From Alphaproteobacteria bacterium (GTDB lineage Bacteria; Pseudomonadota; Alphaproteobacteria; CALKHQ01), in contig CBDDFZ010000002.1 of NCBI GenBank assembly GCA_965227515.1, positions 1,312,001 through 1,376,000 of the forward strand: 64,000 bases of DNA, in the 5' to 3' direction. Position 1 is the stretch's first letter. Each line of letters starts with the position of its first letter. Both the position numbers and the translations under genes were made by a program. Below are positions 10,243-18,879 of this stretch, in pieces. The notes under the pieces were generated by a model. It was not told the DNA's origin. It did no database searches and saw only the letters and a program-made list of their open reading frames with translations.

Positions 10243-10441
10243 AACGGGCGCGCCCGTTCGAACTCACTTCTTGGATGAGGGGCCGCGATTCATGCAGGAA
10301 TGGCGCGCCCGTTCGAACGACGTTCGAACTACCTTTTGGATGAAGGGCCGCGATTCATGCAGGAATGGCGCGCCCGTTCGAACCAAGTTCGAACTACTTT
10401 TTGGATGAAGGGCCGCCATTCATGAAGGAATGGCGCGCCCG
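10243..10441 (-). repeat. tRNA-linked tandem repeats (2 x 65 bp + 1 x 55 bp), each ending in a copy of the tRNA-Arg 3' end
   Basis: ggcgcgcccg recurs at 10247, 10302, 10367 and 10432 (the last is the tRNA itself); shared ttggatga.gggccgc.attcatg.aggaat core. Confidence 0.92.
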
Positions 10442-10507
10442 GGAGGACTCGAACCCCCAACCTTCTGATCCGTAGTCAGACACTCTATCCAATTGAGCTA
10501 CGGGCGC
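10431..10507 (-). tRNA. tRNA-Arg (anticodon ACG)
   Basis: GCGCCCGTAGCTCAATTGGATAGAG..TCTGA-CT-ACG-GA-TCAGA..GGTTCGAGTCC..CGGGCGCGCCA; 77 nt, encoded CCA. Confidence 0.97.
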
Positions 10508-10615
10508 TAAGCCGGTTGCCGGACCCCCGCAGTGTCGTGCAGCAGAGCCGTACGCACACCTGCGGTCATGGCAAACCGATCGCCGCCCAACAACGCCGGG
10601 CCGGCGAGGGGCGGG

Positions 10616-10644
10616 ACCATACGCGAACCCATATGGGCAGGCAA
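10616..10644 (-). promoter_or_regulatory. Possible sigma70 promoter for tRNA-Arg
   Basis: TTGCCT-N17-TATGGT on the minus strand. Confidence 0.35.
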
Positions 10645-10873
10645 GCGTCAATCGCCAACCCATGCCTGGGCCAATGCCTGGCCCAATGCCTGGGCGGCAT
10701 TGCGCCGCGCCGGCACCCAGACGACACGCGATCGCGCGCGGGTTACGGCACTGTCGGACGCCGCGACCCGCAAACCCGAATTCCGGCTCGGGCGGGCCCA
10801 CGGCGTCGCGGACAATTGCGTGCTTGTACCAGCGGTTTGGCTTGGCTATTTTGCCGCCAATGCGGGATGATTC

Positions 10874-12073
10874 GTGTCGCAGACCTTACCTGCCGCCTGG
10901 GTCTTGCCGCAGTTCATGGGGCGGACTGTTCAGTATGGTGATCGATTGAGCGCAAAGCACGCTTCCTTGGCAGTCGGGGCCGGGGCGGTCACGAGGGTGC
11001 GTCGAAGCTATGGCGCTCTCGTGGGTGCGGCTTTGTGCGTGCTGGTGTCCGGCTGCGGCGATGCGCTGCTGCCGTCCTTGACCGGTGAGGCGCCCAGCGG
11101 GGCCGACACTGGCGGGCTGGTGCTTGGCACCGGCAGCTTCGTGCCGGGCGGGGTGACGCCGGGGGCGTCGACCGGCACCGTGGTCGGTGAGCGCATTGAC
11201 GATATGCGCACCCAACTCGAACTCATTCAGGATCAGGTGGGCGCCGAGAACGGCGCGCTGCAGCAATTGCGCGTCAGCAACATGCGCAACGCCGCGCAAT
11301 ATCATACGCGCGTGGCCGAGATCGGCGCGCGGCTGCAGACCGGCACGACCCCAGGTAATCCGGAACTGGTGGCGCGTTGGAACGAAGCGCAGCAGAACCT
11401 GGACCAGTTCGACCAGGAGCTTTCCAGCCTCAATCTGTTGGCGACCGAAGTGGCCAACACATCGGCCGGGGCGGCCTATCTGTTGGCGACCGCCCGGGCG
11501 ACGTACGGGCTGACCGGTGCGGTCGATGCCGACCATGTGCAGCTGGCGGTGCTGGAGGACGAGACCAACCAGACCGTCGTGCTGATCGACCGCCTGCTGA
11601 CCGAACTGACCGAGGATCTGGGCCGGCAGACGTCCTATCTCAGTCGAGAGCGCGACAATCTGCGGGTGCTGTCGCTTGGCATCCTGAACGGGGAATGGTT
11701 CGGGCGCAGCCTGGCGAACGCGGCCTACAATGCAGGCCCGATCGGCAGCGCACCGCCAGTCGGCGTCGCCGCGAATCGGCCGCTGATGATCATCCGGTTC
11801 GATGCCAACAACGTCGACTACGATCAGGCGCTTTATACAGCGGCCAGCAACGTGATTGACGTCCGTCCGAACGCGCAGTTCGAGCTGGTGGCGGTTGCGC
11901 CCGCTCAAGGGCTTCCGGCCCAACAGGCATTGTCCGCTTCCAGCGCACGCCAAAACGCCGAGAACGTGCGGCTTCGGCTCACCCAGTTCGGCATTCCGCC
12001 GCAACGGGTGGCGCTGACCGAGGCGTCCAGCTCGGCGGCATTCACCAATGAGGTGCACATTTACGTTCGGTGA
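10874..12073 (+). CDS. Hypothetical lipoprotein (coiled coil plus C-terminal alpha/beta domain)
   Basis: Hydrophobic stretch ending in lipobox LVSG-C; long Q/L heptad region; true start probably downstream (about 10946-10997). Confidence 0.75.
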   Translation: MSQTLPAAWVLPQFMGRTVQYGDRLSAKHASLAVGAGAVTRVRRSYGALVGAALCVLVSGCGDALLPSLTGEAPSGADTGGLVLGTGSFVPGGVTPGASTGTVVGERIDDMRTQLELIQDQVGAENGALQQLRVSNMRNAAQYHTRVAEIGARLQTGTTPGNPELVARWNEAQQNLDQFDQELSSLNLLATEVANTSAGAAYLLATARATYGLTGAVDADHVQLAVLEDETNQTVVLIDRLLTELTEDLGRQTSYLSRERDNLRVLSLGILNGEWFGRSLANAAYNAGPIGSAPPVGVAANRPLMIIRFDANNVDYDQALYTAASNVIDVRPNAQFELVAVAPAQGLPAQQALSASSARQNAENVRLRLTQFGIPPQRVALTEASSSAAFTNEVHIYVR

Positions 12074-12477
12074 CGCGAAGTGCTGGCGGCGGGGCGCCAG
12101 CACCGGTTTGGGGGTTCGTTTGGCTGGGTTCGTAATCTTTCGGCAGGCCGCCGGAGCAATGCATCGATGCGCCGCGCATGTGGTCGCGCCACGTGCCGAG
12201 ATGTCGTGTGCGGGCGCCGGGCCGTGCTGTTGTGTCACAGCCGTGTGTGTCAGATCCGCGCCGGGCGCCACCCGGACTGTTGCATGATAACGACCATGCG
12301 GCAGATAAGTGAGCCAAACCAAAGAGATATTTGCAGAAGATTCATAATTTTTGTTAACTTTGCCGAATCAAGAGGATCGCGTGTTGACAGACGCCAAGAT
12401 TGGTGCGGGTCAACGCTGACAGGCCAATTGCCGGTGCCCCACGTGCCGTCTGAGCCTCATAACAGGAGTGATCAGCG

Positions 12478-13833
12478 ATGAAGAATGGCCGGGTGCCAGG
12501 GGTTTCGGCAACACGGCGGCATGGAACGGTTGTTCTTGCGGTTGCGGCCGGGGTCAGCATGCAGGTGTGCGTGACCGCCGAGAGTTTTGCGGACGCCCGC
12601 ACAGAGGCGGTGGCGTCCCGTCTGCGGCCGGAATACGACCCGCTCGGTCTGCCGCTGGATCTGTTGTTCTGGGAGGCGGGGCAGTTGTTCGACAGCAGCG
12701 GATCGCCTCCGAACGGTGGCGAATCCTCGATCGGCAGCTTCATCGTCTATCCGTCGGTAGAGTTTTCGTTGGAGTTCACCGACAACGTCTTCAGGGCGCA
12801 AGATTCGCAGTCGGACTTCATCTTCCGCACCACGCCGCTGATCCGCTTCAATTCGGATTGGGACAATCACGCCCTGAACTTCGAGGCCGGTCTGGAATAC
12901 GGCAAGTACTTCAGCTTCAGTTCGGAAGACTATCTGGACTTCCTGTTGGGCGCCGATGGCCGCATCGATGTCACCGACGACATCGCCTTCAATGCCAACA
13001 CGCGTTGGGTCATGGGGCACGAGGATCGCGGCGATCCCGACGATCCCGGCTCCGCATTCGATATCACCGAATATCAGCGCTTCAGCGCCGGTGGGTCGAT
13101 CTCTTACGACGCCGGCATCGTCCAGGTCGAGCCCGGCTACGAGATCGTCTTCTGGGACTACGACAACGTGAATGGGCCGGGCGGCGTGCTCAACAACGAC
13201 GACCGCGACCGCACGGAACACCGCGCCTACCTCAACGTCTCGACCGACGTTGCCGAGGATCTGCGCCTGTTCGTCGAGCCGGATGCCCGTTGGGAGGTCT
13301 ACGACAACAACCCGGACGACCTCGGCTTCAATCGCGACCGGCAGGAGATCGGCGTTCTGGTCGGTCTGGATTGGACGCCGGACGACGTGTGGGCCGTGCG
13401 CGGTGCCGTGGGTTACGAGTATGTCGAGTTCGACGACCCGGCCTTCGATGCGACCAACGGCTTCATCTTCACCGGTGACGCCCTGTGGAACATCGACGAG
13501 CTGACCACCATCGCCTTGACCGCCGAGCGCGAGTTCGACGGCACGACGCTCGCCAATTCCGCCGGTAAGGTGAACACCGCCGTCGGCCTGTCGGTCGACC
13601 ACGAGTTCGCGTACAACATCATTGGCAGTGCCTTCACCGAGTACCTTCGCGAGGACTTCGAGGGCAACAATCGGGCCGACGACACGATCCGGGTCGGCCT
13701 GGGCGGTGACTACTACATCGGTGAGTATGTTGTGGCCGGCGCGCAGTACACGTATACGAACCGGGACTCCACGGATGGCGCGCAGTCCTTCTCGGAGAAC
13801 AACTTTCTCCTCTCCTTGCTGCTGAGAATGTGA
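12478..13833 (+). CDS. Outer-membrane beta-barrel protein associated with polysaccharide export (BBP2 / VpsM-like)
   Basis: RPEYDPLG N-terminal motif, amphipathic beta strands, YTNRDS..ENNFLLSLLLRM end; immediately upstream of wza. Confidence 0.82.
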   Translation: MKNGRVPGVSATRRHGTVVLAVAAGVSMQVCVTAESFADARTEAVASRLRPEYDPLGLPLDLLFWEAGQLFDSSGSPPNGGESSIGSFIVYPSVEFSLEFTDNVFRAQDSQSDFIFRTTPLIRFNSDWDNHALNFEAGLEYGKYFSFSSEDYLDFLLGADGRIDVTDDIAFNANTRWVMGHEDRGDPDDPGSAFDITEYQRFSAGGSISYDAGIVQVEPGYEIVFWDYDNVNGPGGVLNNDDRDRTEHRAYLNVSTDVAEDLRLFVEPDARWEVYDNNPDDLGFNRDRQEIGVLVGLDWTPDDVWAVRGAVGYEYVEFDDPAFDATNGFIFTGDALWNIDELTTIALTAEREFDGTTLANSAGKVNTAVGLSVDHEFAYNIIGSAFTEYLREDFEGNNRADDTIRVGLGGDYYIGEYVVAGAQYTYTNRDSTDGAQSFSENNFLLSLLLRM

Positions 13834-14456
13834 TGTTGGCTATGACCGAGACTTCGTGCATCGCATACGGGCCGGCGCTGGTGCGCCGGATCGGTTGGCT
13901 CCTGCTGTTGCTCGTGCCGCTGGCACTGGCAGGCTGTGAGTCCGACGACATCGCAACCGACAATCCGCCTGACGGCACCGGCGATGGCACCGTGACGCCG
14001 CTGCCGGACAATATCTACGCGGTCGGGCCCGGTGACGAACTGAACGTCATCATTTTCGGGCACCCCGACCTCTCCGGGAACTACGTCGTCGATCCGCAGG
14101 GCAGCATCACGATGCCGCTGGTGGGCCGGCTGGCGGTGACCAATGTGGATGTCGACCAGGTGACGCAGATGGTGCGCGACGCCTATGACGGCGCCTATCT
14201 GGTCGAGCCGCGTGTCAGCGTCGAGATCCTGAATTCCCGCCCGTTCTATATCCTGGGGCAGGTCAACGAACCCGGCGAGTATCCTTATTCTCGCGGCGTG
14301 ACCGTCCGGCAGGCGGTCGCCATTGCCGGCGGGTTCACCCGGCGCGCCGATACGGCCGAATTCCTGATCTACCGGGGCGGCCAGAACCTGGAAGTGAATG
14401 CAGAGACCATCGTGTTGCCCGGCGATACGGTGGAGGTTCAGCGCCGATTGTTCTAG
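13833..14456 (+). CDS. Polysaccharide export lipoprotein, short Wza/OPX type (VpsN-like)
   Basis: Lipobox LAGC, YAVGPGDELNV, PES motif VDPQGSITMPLVG, SLBB GQVNEPGEYPY..AIAGGFT. Confidence 0.9.
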   Translation: MLAMTETSCIAYGPALVRRIGWLLLLLVPLALAGCESDDIATDNPPDGTGDGTVTPLPDNIYAVGPGDELNVIIFGHPDLSGNYVVDPQGSITMPLVGRLAVTNVDVDQVTQMVRDAYDGAYLVEPRVSVEILNSRPFYILGQVNEPGEYPYSRGVTVRQAVAIAGGFTRRADTAEFLIYRGGQNLEVNAETIVLPGDTVEVQRRLF

Positions 14457-14741
14457 TATGTTCAGGCTGGCGGGACGGTGGTCCGTTCCGCCGGTGGCAC
14501 TGGCAACGGTTGCAGGAACTGACCCCCGGAATTGAAATGTTCGGCAGCATTCCGGCCACAATTTAAACAATTGAATAGACATGGCGGCTAGCGTTATGTC
14601 GATTGAGCCCAAATCTGCACAGAGTGGCGGGTTCAAGATGTCCTTGCATGCCGCGCCGCAGTGTGTGGCTGCGGCATGGGTTTTGACCGGGGCTTCGGGG
14701 TCGCCGTTGGGCGGGGCCGAGCGCAACCTCAAGAGCACGAC

Positions 14742-17057
14742 ATGAGCTTGACGACTGTCACACGTTTGCCGGTTCCCCATCAGGAACAGCTTCCTGTCCC
14801 CGATCCGGGCTATGGGTCGTCGTTCCAGCCGCCCGAGGAAGACACGTTCAGCATGCGCCGCGTGTTCGCGGCGTTGCGTCGGCGCAAGTGGTTCGTGCTG
14901 GCGATCATCATCCTGCTCACGGGCATCGCCTACTTCTTCATCCGGCAGATGACGCCGATCTACGAATCGACCGTGACCCTGGCGGTGCAGGCCAACAGGG
15001 GCTCGGTCATCGGCCAGACCGACGTGTTCGCGACGTTGAACCAGGACAACGAGGCCCGCGAGACCGAGGCCGAAAAGCTGCGCTCTCGGCAGATGGCCGA
15101 ACTGGTCGTGGCGCGGCTCGACCTGCTGAACGACGATCGGTTCAATCCGACCCTGAAGCCGCCGGAGCCCTCTGTTCTGGACTCGATCATCTCCGGCATT
15201 ACCGGGCTGTTCGATGGCGCCGAGGCATCGACCGACAACGCCGACACCTTCGGCGAGGACGCGCTGGCGACCAATCTAGGAGAAGAGGGCCTGAACGAAG
15301 GTCAGCTCGCATTGCTGACCGAAGACGAAATCCTCAAGCTGACCATCAACAATTTCATGATGGGGCTGACGGTGCTGCCGTCCGACCGGTCGCGCACGAT
15401 CGCGGTGACCTACGCGTCGTCAGACCGCGCGTTTGCGGCGCTTGCCGCCAATACGGTCGCGGACATCTACATCTCGGGCCAGGTGGAATCGCGCGAGTCC
15501 GAGGCGAATGCGGCGGTCGAACTGCTGGAAACCAAGATCGCGGAGGCCGAGCAACGGTTGCGCGACGCCGAGGACGAACTCGCGGCCTACATCGTCGACA
15601 ACAACATCGTCGAGGTCGAGAACGCCACACTGCTGACCCGGGACCTGACGACCCTGCGCCAGGAGTTGCTGTTCGCGCAACAGGAACAGCAGAGCCTGCA
15701 GTCGCAGTACAATCAGCTCCAGGCCGGCAATCTCGATGCGATCCCGGAGGTGCAGGGCAGCGGCCTGATCACGGCGCTCCGCTCGCAAGAGGCGACGGCG
15801 CAGGCGCTGGTCGGCGAATTGTCGACGACCCTTGCCGCCGGACACCCCGACCTGCAGGCGGCGCGCGCGCAGCTTGGCAACATCCAGGGCGCGATCGGGG
15901 CCGAGATCCGGCGCATTGCGCTGCGGATGGAAAACAATCTGAGCCTGGCCAACGACCGTGCCGAACGGCTGCAGGTCCAGGTGGCCGATCTGGAAGCCCA
16001 GCTTGAGGGGCAGACCCAATCCCAGGTCGAGCTGCGGCAGTTGCAGTCGCAGGTGGAAAGCGCGCGCAGTTTCTACGAGACGCTGCTGACCCGCTTCGAC
16101 GAGGTCAACGTGGTCAGCGAGGAGCAGCGCGACGCCGATGCCTCGATCCTGTCGCGCGCCGTGCAGGCCGACAAGGCCTCGTACCCGAACACCACGCTGT
16201 TCCTGATCGCCGCGTTCGCCGGCGCGGCGGTGGTCGGTATCGCATTCGCCCTGCTGGCGGAGTTCCTGGATTCCGGTTTCCGTAGCATCACCCAAATCGA
16301 ACAGGTGACCGGTGCGCCGTCATTGGGCCTGGTGCCGACGATCAAGGGCAGCGAGAAGCCGCACGAACTGGTGCTCTCGAAACCAAACTCCGCGTTCGGT
16401 GAGTCGATACGAAGTTTGCGAACATCGCTGCTGCTGACCGCGGGCGACCGGCCGGTGCGCACCGTGGCGGTGACCTCGTGCGTGCCAAACGAGGGTAAGA
16501 CCTCGGTGGCGCTGTCGTTGGCGATGATGGCGGCCCAGGCCGGCCAGAAGGTGGTGATCCTGGACTGCGACCTGCGCAAGCCATCGGTGCACCGTGAGCT
16601 CGACACCGACAACAAGGCCGGCCTCAGCGACTATCTGGTGGGCAACAAGCCGCTGGAAGAGGTGATGGAAATCGATCCGCGGAGCGATCTCCACTACATC
16701 ACCGCAGGCAGCAAGATGCCGAACCCGCCCGAGCTGCTGCAGTCGAACGCCATGAACAAGCTGCTGCAGGAACTTGGCGCCAATTTCGATTTCGTCGTGC
16801 TCGACACGCCGCCGCTGATGGCGGTGTCCGACGCGTTGCTGCTGTTGCGGCGTTGCGACAAGACAATTTTCCTGGCCCGTTGGGAAAAGACCCGCCGCGA
16901 GACCACTGCGGTCGGCGTCCGCCAGGCGTACGATTCCGGCGCGGACTTGGCCGGGGTCCTTCTGACACAGGTCGATGTGCGCAAGATGGCGCACTACGGC
17001 TACGCCGACTCCGGGTACTACTATTACAGCAGCTACAAAAAATACTACGCCGACTGA
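14742..17057 (+). CDS. Polysaccharide co-polymerase / tyrosine autokinase (Wzc/GumC family)
   Basis: Two TM segments flanking a coiled coil, Walker A PNEGKTS, DCDLRKP, LDTPP, Tyr-rich tail YGYADSGYYYYSSYKKYYAD. Confidence 0.93.
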   Translation: MSLTTVTRLPVPHQEQLPVPDPGYGSSFQPPEEDTFSMRRVFAALRRRKWFVLAIIILLTGIAYFFIRQMTPIYESTVTLAVQANRGSVIGQTDVFATLNQDNEARETEAEKLRSRQMAELVVARLDLLNDDRFNPTLKPPEPSVLDSIISGITGLFDGAEASTDNADTFGEDALATNLGEEGLNEGQLALLTEDEILKLTINNFMMGLTVLPSDRSRTIAVTYASSDRAFAALAANTVADIYISGQVESRESEANAAVELLETKIAEAEQRLRDAEDELAAYIVDNNIVEVENATLLTRDLTTLRQELLFAQQEQQSLQSQYNQLQAGNLDAIPEVQGSGLITALRSQEATAQALVGELSTTLAAGHPDLQAARAQLGNIQGAIGAEIRRIALRMENNLSLANDRAERLQVQVADLEAQLEGQTQSQVELRQLQSQVESARSFYETLLTRFDEVNVVSEEQRDADASILSRAVQADKASYPNTTLFLIAAFAGAAVVGIAFALLAEFLDSGFRSITQIEQVTGAPSLGLVPTIKGSEKPHELVLSKPNSAFGESIRSLRTSLLLTAGDRPVRTVAVTSCVPNEGKTSVALSLAMMAAQAGQKVVILDCDLRKPSVHRELDTDNKAGLSDYLVGNKPLEEVMEIDPRSDLHYITAGSKMPNPPELLQSNAMNKLLQELGANFDFVVLDTPPLMAVSDALLLLRRCDKTIFLARWEKTRRETTAVGVRQAYDSGADLAGVLLTQVDVRKMAHYGYADSGYYYYSSYKKYYAD

Positions 17058-17829
17058 GCCGAACGACCGCCGTCGCGACCGGGCGATCCTGGCATCGTTC
17101 GGCGCCGCGGCATTTGCAATCGTGCTGATCTGGTTCGCGGTGCCCGGCGTCTTTGCCGGGCACTACATGACGTCGCACCGGGACACGATCCGGGAGCTCA
17201 GGACCGGCGAGCCGGTTACGGCCGGGGCACTCTATGACGCGATCCTGGCCCGCCGGGAGGCGCTGGATTGGACCGACAGCCCGGCGGTCTGGGCCGAAAT
17301 TGGCGAACTGCGCTTGATCCTGGCCGCCCTGTACCCGGAAGAGGCCGCCGAAACCGATGTCGTCTCGGACTCGATATCGGCGTCCCGGTCCGCGGTCGAA
17401 GGGTCGCCCACCATGCCGTTCGCCTGGCTGCGGATGGCCGAGGCGATGGCGCTGAGGGACGGGGCCGAGGCAGATATCAACGCGCAGCTGATGATGGCAA
17501 TCGTGACGGCGCCGCAGCATGCCGGCATGGTGCGCCGCCGTGTGGAGCTGGCGCTGTTCTACTGGGCGCAGCTGGACGACCGGGCGCGCCAGTATTCGGC
17601 CGGCCAGGTGCGCATCGCCGCGCAGCAGGACCCCTCTGCGCTGGCCGAGATCGTGAAACGTCAGAATGCCCTGCGTGAGGTGATGGCGATCCTGCTGACC
17701 GACAACGAGCTGCTGCAGGAATTCACCCAGGTCTACTATCGTGAGCAGGGGATCGAGCAGGAGCGGGCGGCAGAGGAGGAGGCCGCGGAGGCGGCAGCCG
17801 ATGACGACGGCGAGACCGCGGATCAATAG
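16975..17829 (+). CDS. Membrane-anchored helical protein, VpsP-like accessory
   Basis: N-terminal TM, TPR-like SPTMPFAWLRMA segment; follows wzc; start uncertain. Confidence 0.65.
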   Translation: MCARWRTTATPTPGTTITAATKNTTPTEPNDRRRDRAILASFGAAAFAIVLIWFAVPGVFAGHYMTSHRDTIRELRTGEPVTAGALYDAILARREALDWTDSPAVWAEIGELRLILAALYPEEAAETDVVSDSISASRSAVEGSPTMPFAWLRMAEAMALRDGAEADINAQLMMAIVTAPQHAGMVRRRVELALFYWAQLDDRARQYSAGQVRIAAQQDPSALAEIVKRQNALREVMAILLTDNELLQEFTQVYYREQGIEQERAAEEEAAEAAADDDGETADQ

Positions 17830-17904
17830 GTTTGCCGCTCTGGCCTTGATCGACCTTGATTGTGTCTCAGGTGTCTATCAGCTAAGACGACAGCGAATGC
17901 GGGC

Positions 17905-18032
17905 TTAGAGCATGATCACGTAAGTCGGCACCGGCCCTCTCCCCCACCCGGCCACCCCGCAGGATACTTTCGTGGGCGGCCGGGTGGGGGAGAGGGCTGG
18001 CGCAGATTCGGCGCAAGCCGATCCTGATCTAG
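17905..18032. repeat. About 128-bp palindromic repeat (MITE/RIME-like), copy 1
   Basis: TTAGAGCATGATC..25-bp stem ggccctctcccccacccggccaccc / loop / gggcggccgggtgggggagagggct..GATCTAG. Confidence 0.88.
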
Positions 18033-18046
18033 TGAGTCCGGCTTGT

Positions 18047-18133
18047 GCGGGTGTGGCGGAATCGGTAGACGCGCCAGACTCAAAATCTGGTTTCCTTACG
18101 GAAGTGGGAGTTCGAGTCTCCCCACCCGCACCA
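18047..18133 (+). tRNA. tRNA-Leu (anticodon CAA)
   Basis: GCGGGTGTGGCGGAATCGGTAGACGCG-CCAGA-CT-CAA-AA-TCTGG, long variable arm, GTTCGAGTC, CCA end. Confidence 0.97.
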
Positions 18134-18200
18134 AATCACCCCAACGCGACGACACCGACACGACCTGATCCGCGCGGGCTGCCGGCATTGGGCGGCCGCA

Positions 18201-18569
18201 TCAGGCGTCGGGTCTTTCCATCGCCAGCGGCGAAGCGAAGACGTGGTTCGTCACGTTCATTTCGATAGTCAACGCCACATTGTCCCCCCGCACGCCGATC
18301 GATTTCGTGCCGCGTTGCGGCAGCGGAATTTGATGGGCAATGCAATAGCTTACCAGCGCCACGCCCAGCTCCTCGGCCGAAACCTGCAACTCGTGGGTTT
18401 GCGATGTGGTCGGGTCGAACTTTGTCACCAGGGGCACGCCATTGGGCGCCATTCTGGTGAACTGGATATAGCCGTTCGGCCAGGGGCTCCCCATGGTCTG
18501 GAAGAAGTCCCGCAGTGCGTTATCCAACGTGTCGTTGGAGAACATGATCGTACGCGTTTCAGAGATCAT
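18201..18569 (-). CDS. Hypothetical protein
   Basis: 122-aa ORF with protein-like composition (ALVSYCIAHQIPLP..GTKSI); no family recognised. Confidence 0.6.
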   Translation of the reverse strand: MISETRTIMFSNDTLDNALRDFFQTMGSPWPNGYIQFTRMAPNGVPLVTKFDPTTSQTHELQVSAEELGVALVSYCIAHQIPLPQRGTKSIGVRGDNVALTIEMNVTNHVFASPLAMERPDA

Positions 18570-18879
18570 CGCCGCATCGAAAGGAAGGTAAAAAAGGGAG
18601 GCCCTGGCTGCGTGCAGACGATGGGGGAACCAGCCACGGCCTCCCAACCGACACCATTGAGTCGAGTACGACTAGCCATGAGTCAGCTATCTACAGGATA
18701 GTGCGGTTGGAGCGCCAGTTCATGGGCCAAATATCCCAATGAATATTACATTTTGGTCGGCGCGACCCTGAACAGTTAATGGTACCCCCATTGGTCTAGA
18801 GTTGCAACCCTGCGTGGCAAAGAGCGAGGGTGGGGCGTCATACGGCGATGACGACAGGTCAGTCCGGCGGGTCACCGAT

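Noticed and set aside
10243-10441. CRISPR array interpretation of the tRNA-adjacent repeats
   Set aside because: Whole units are near-identical with no unique spacers, and there are no cas genes in the window.
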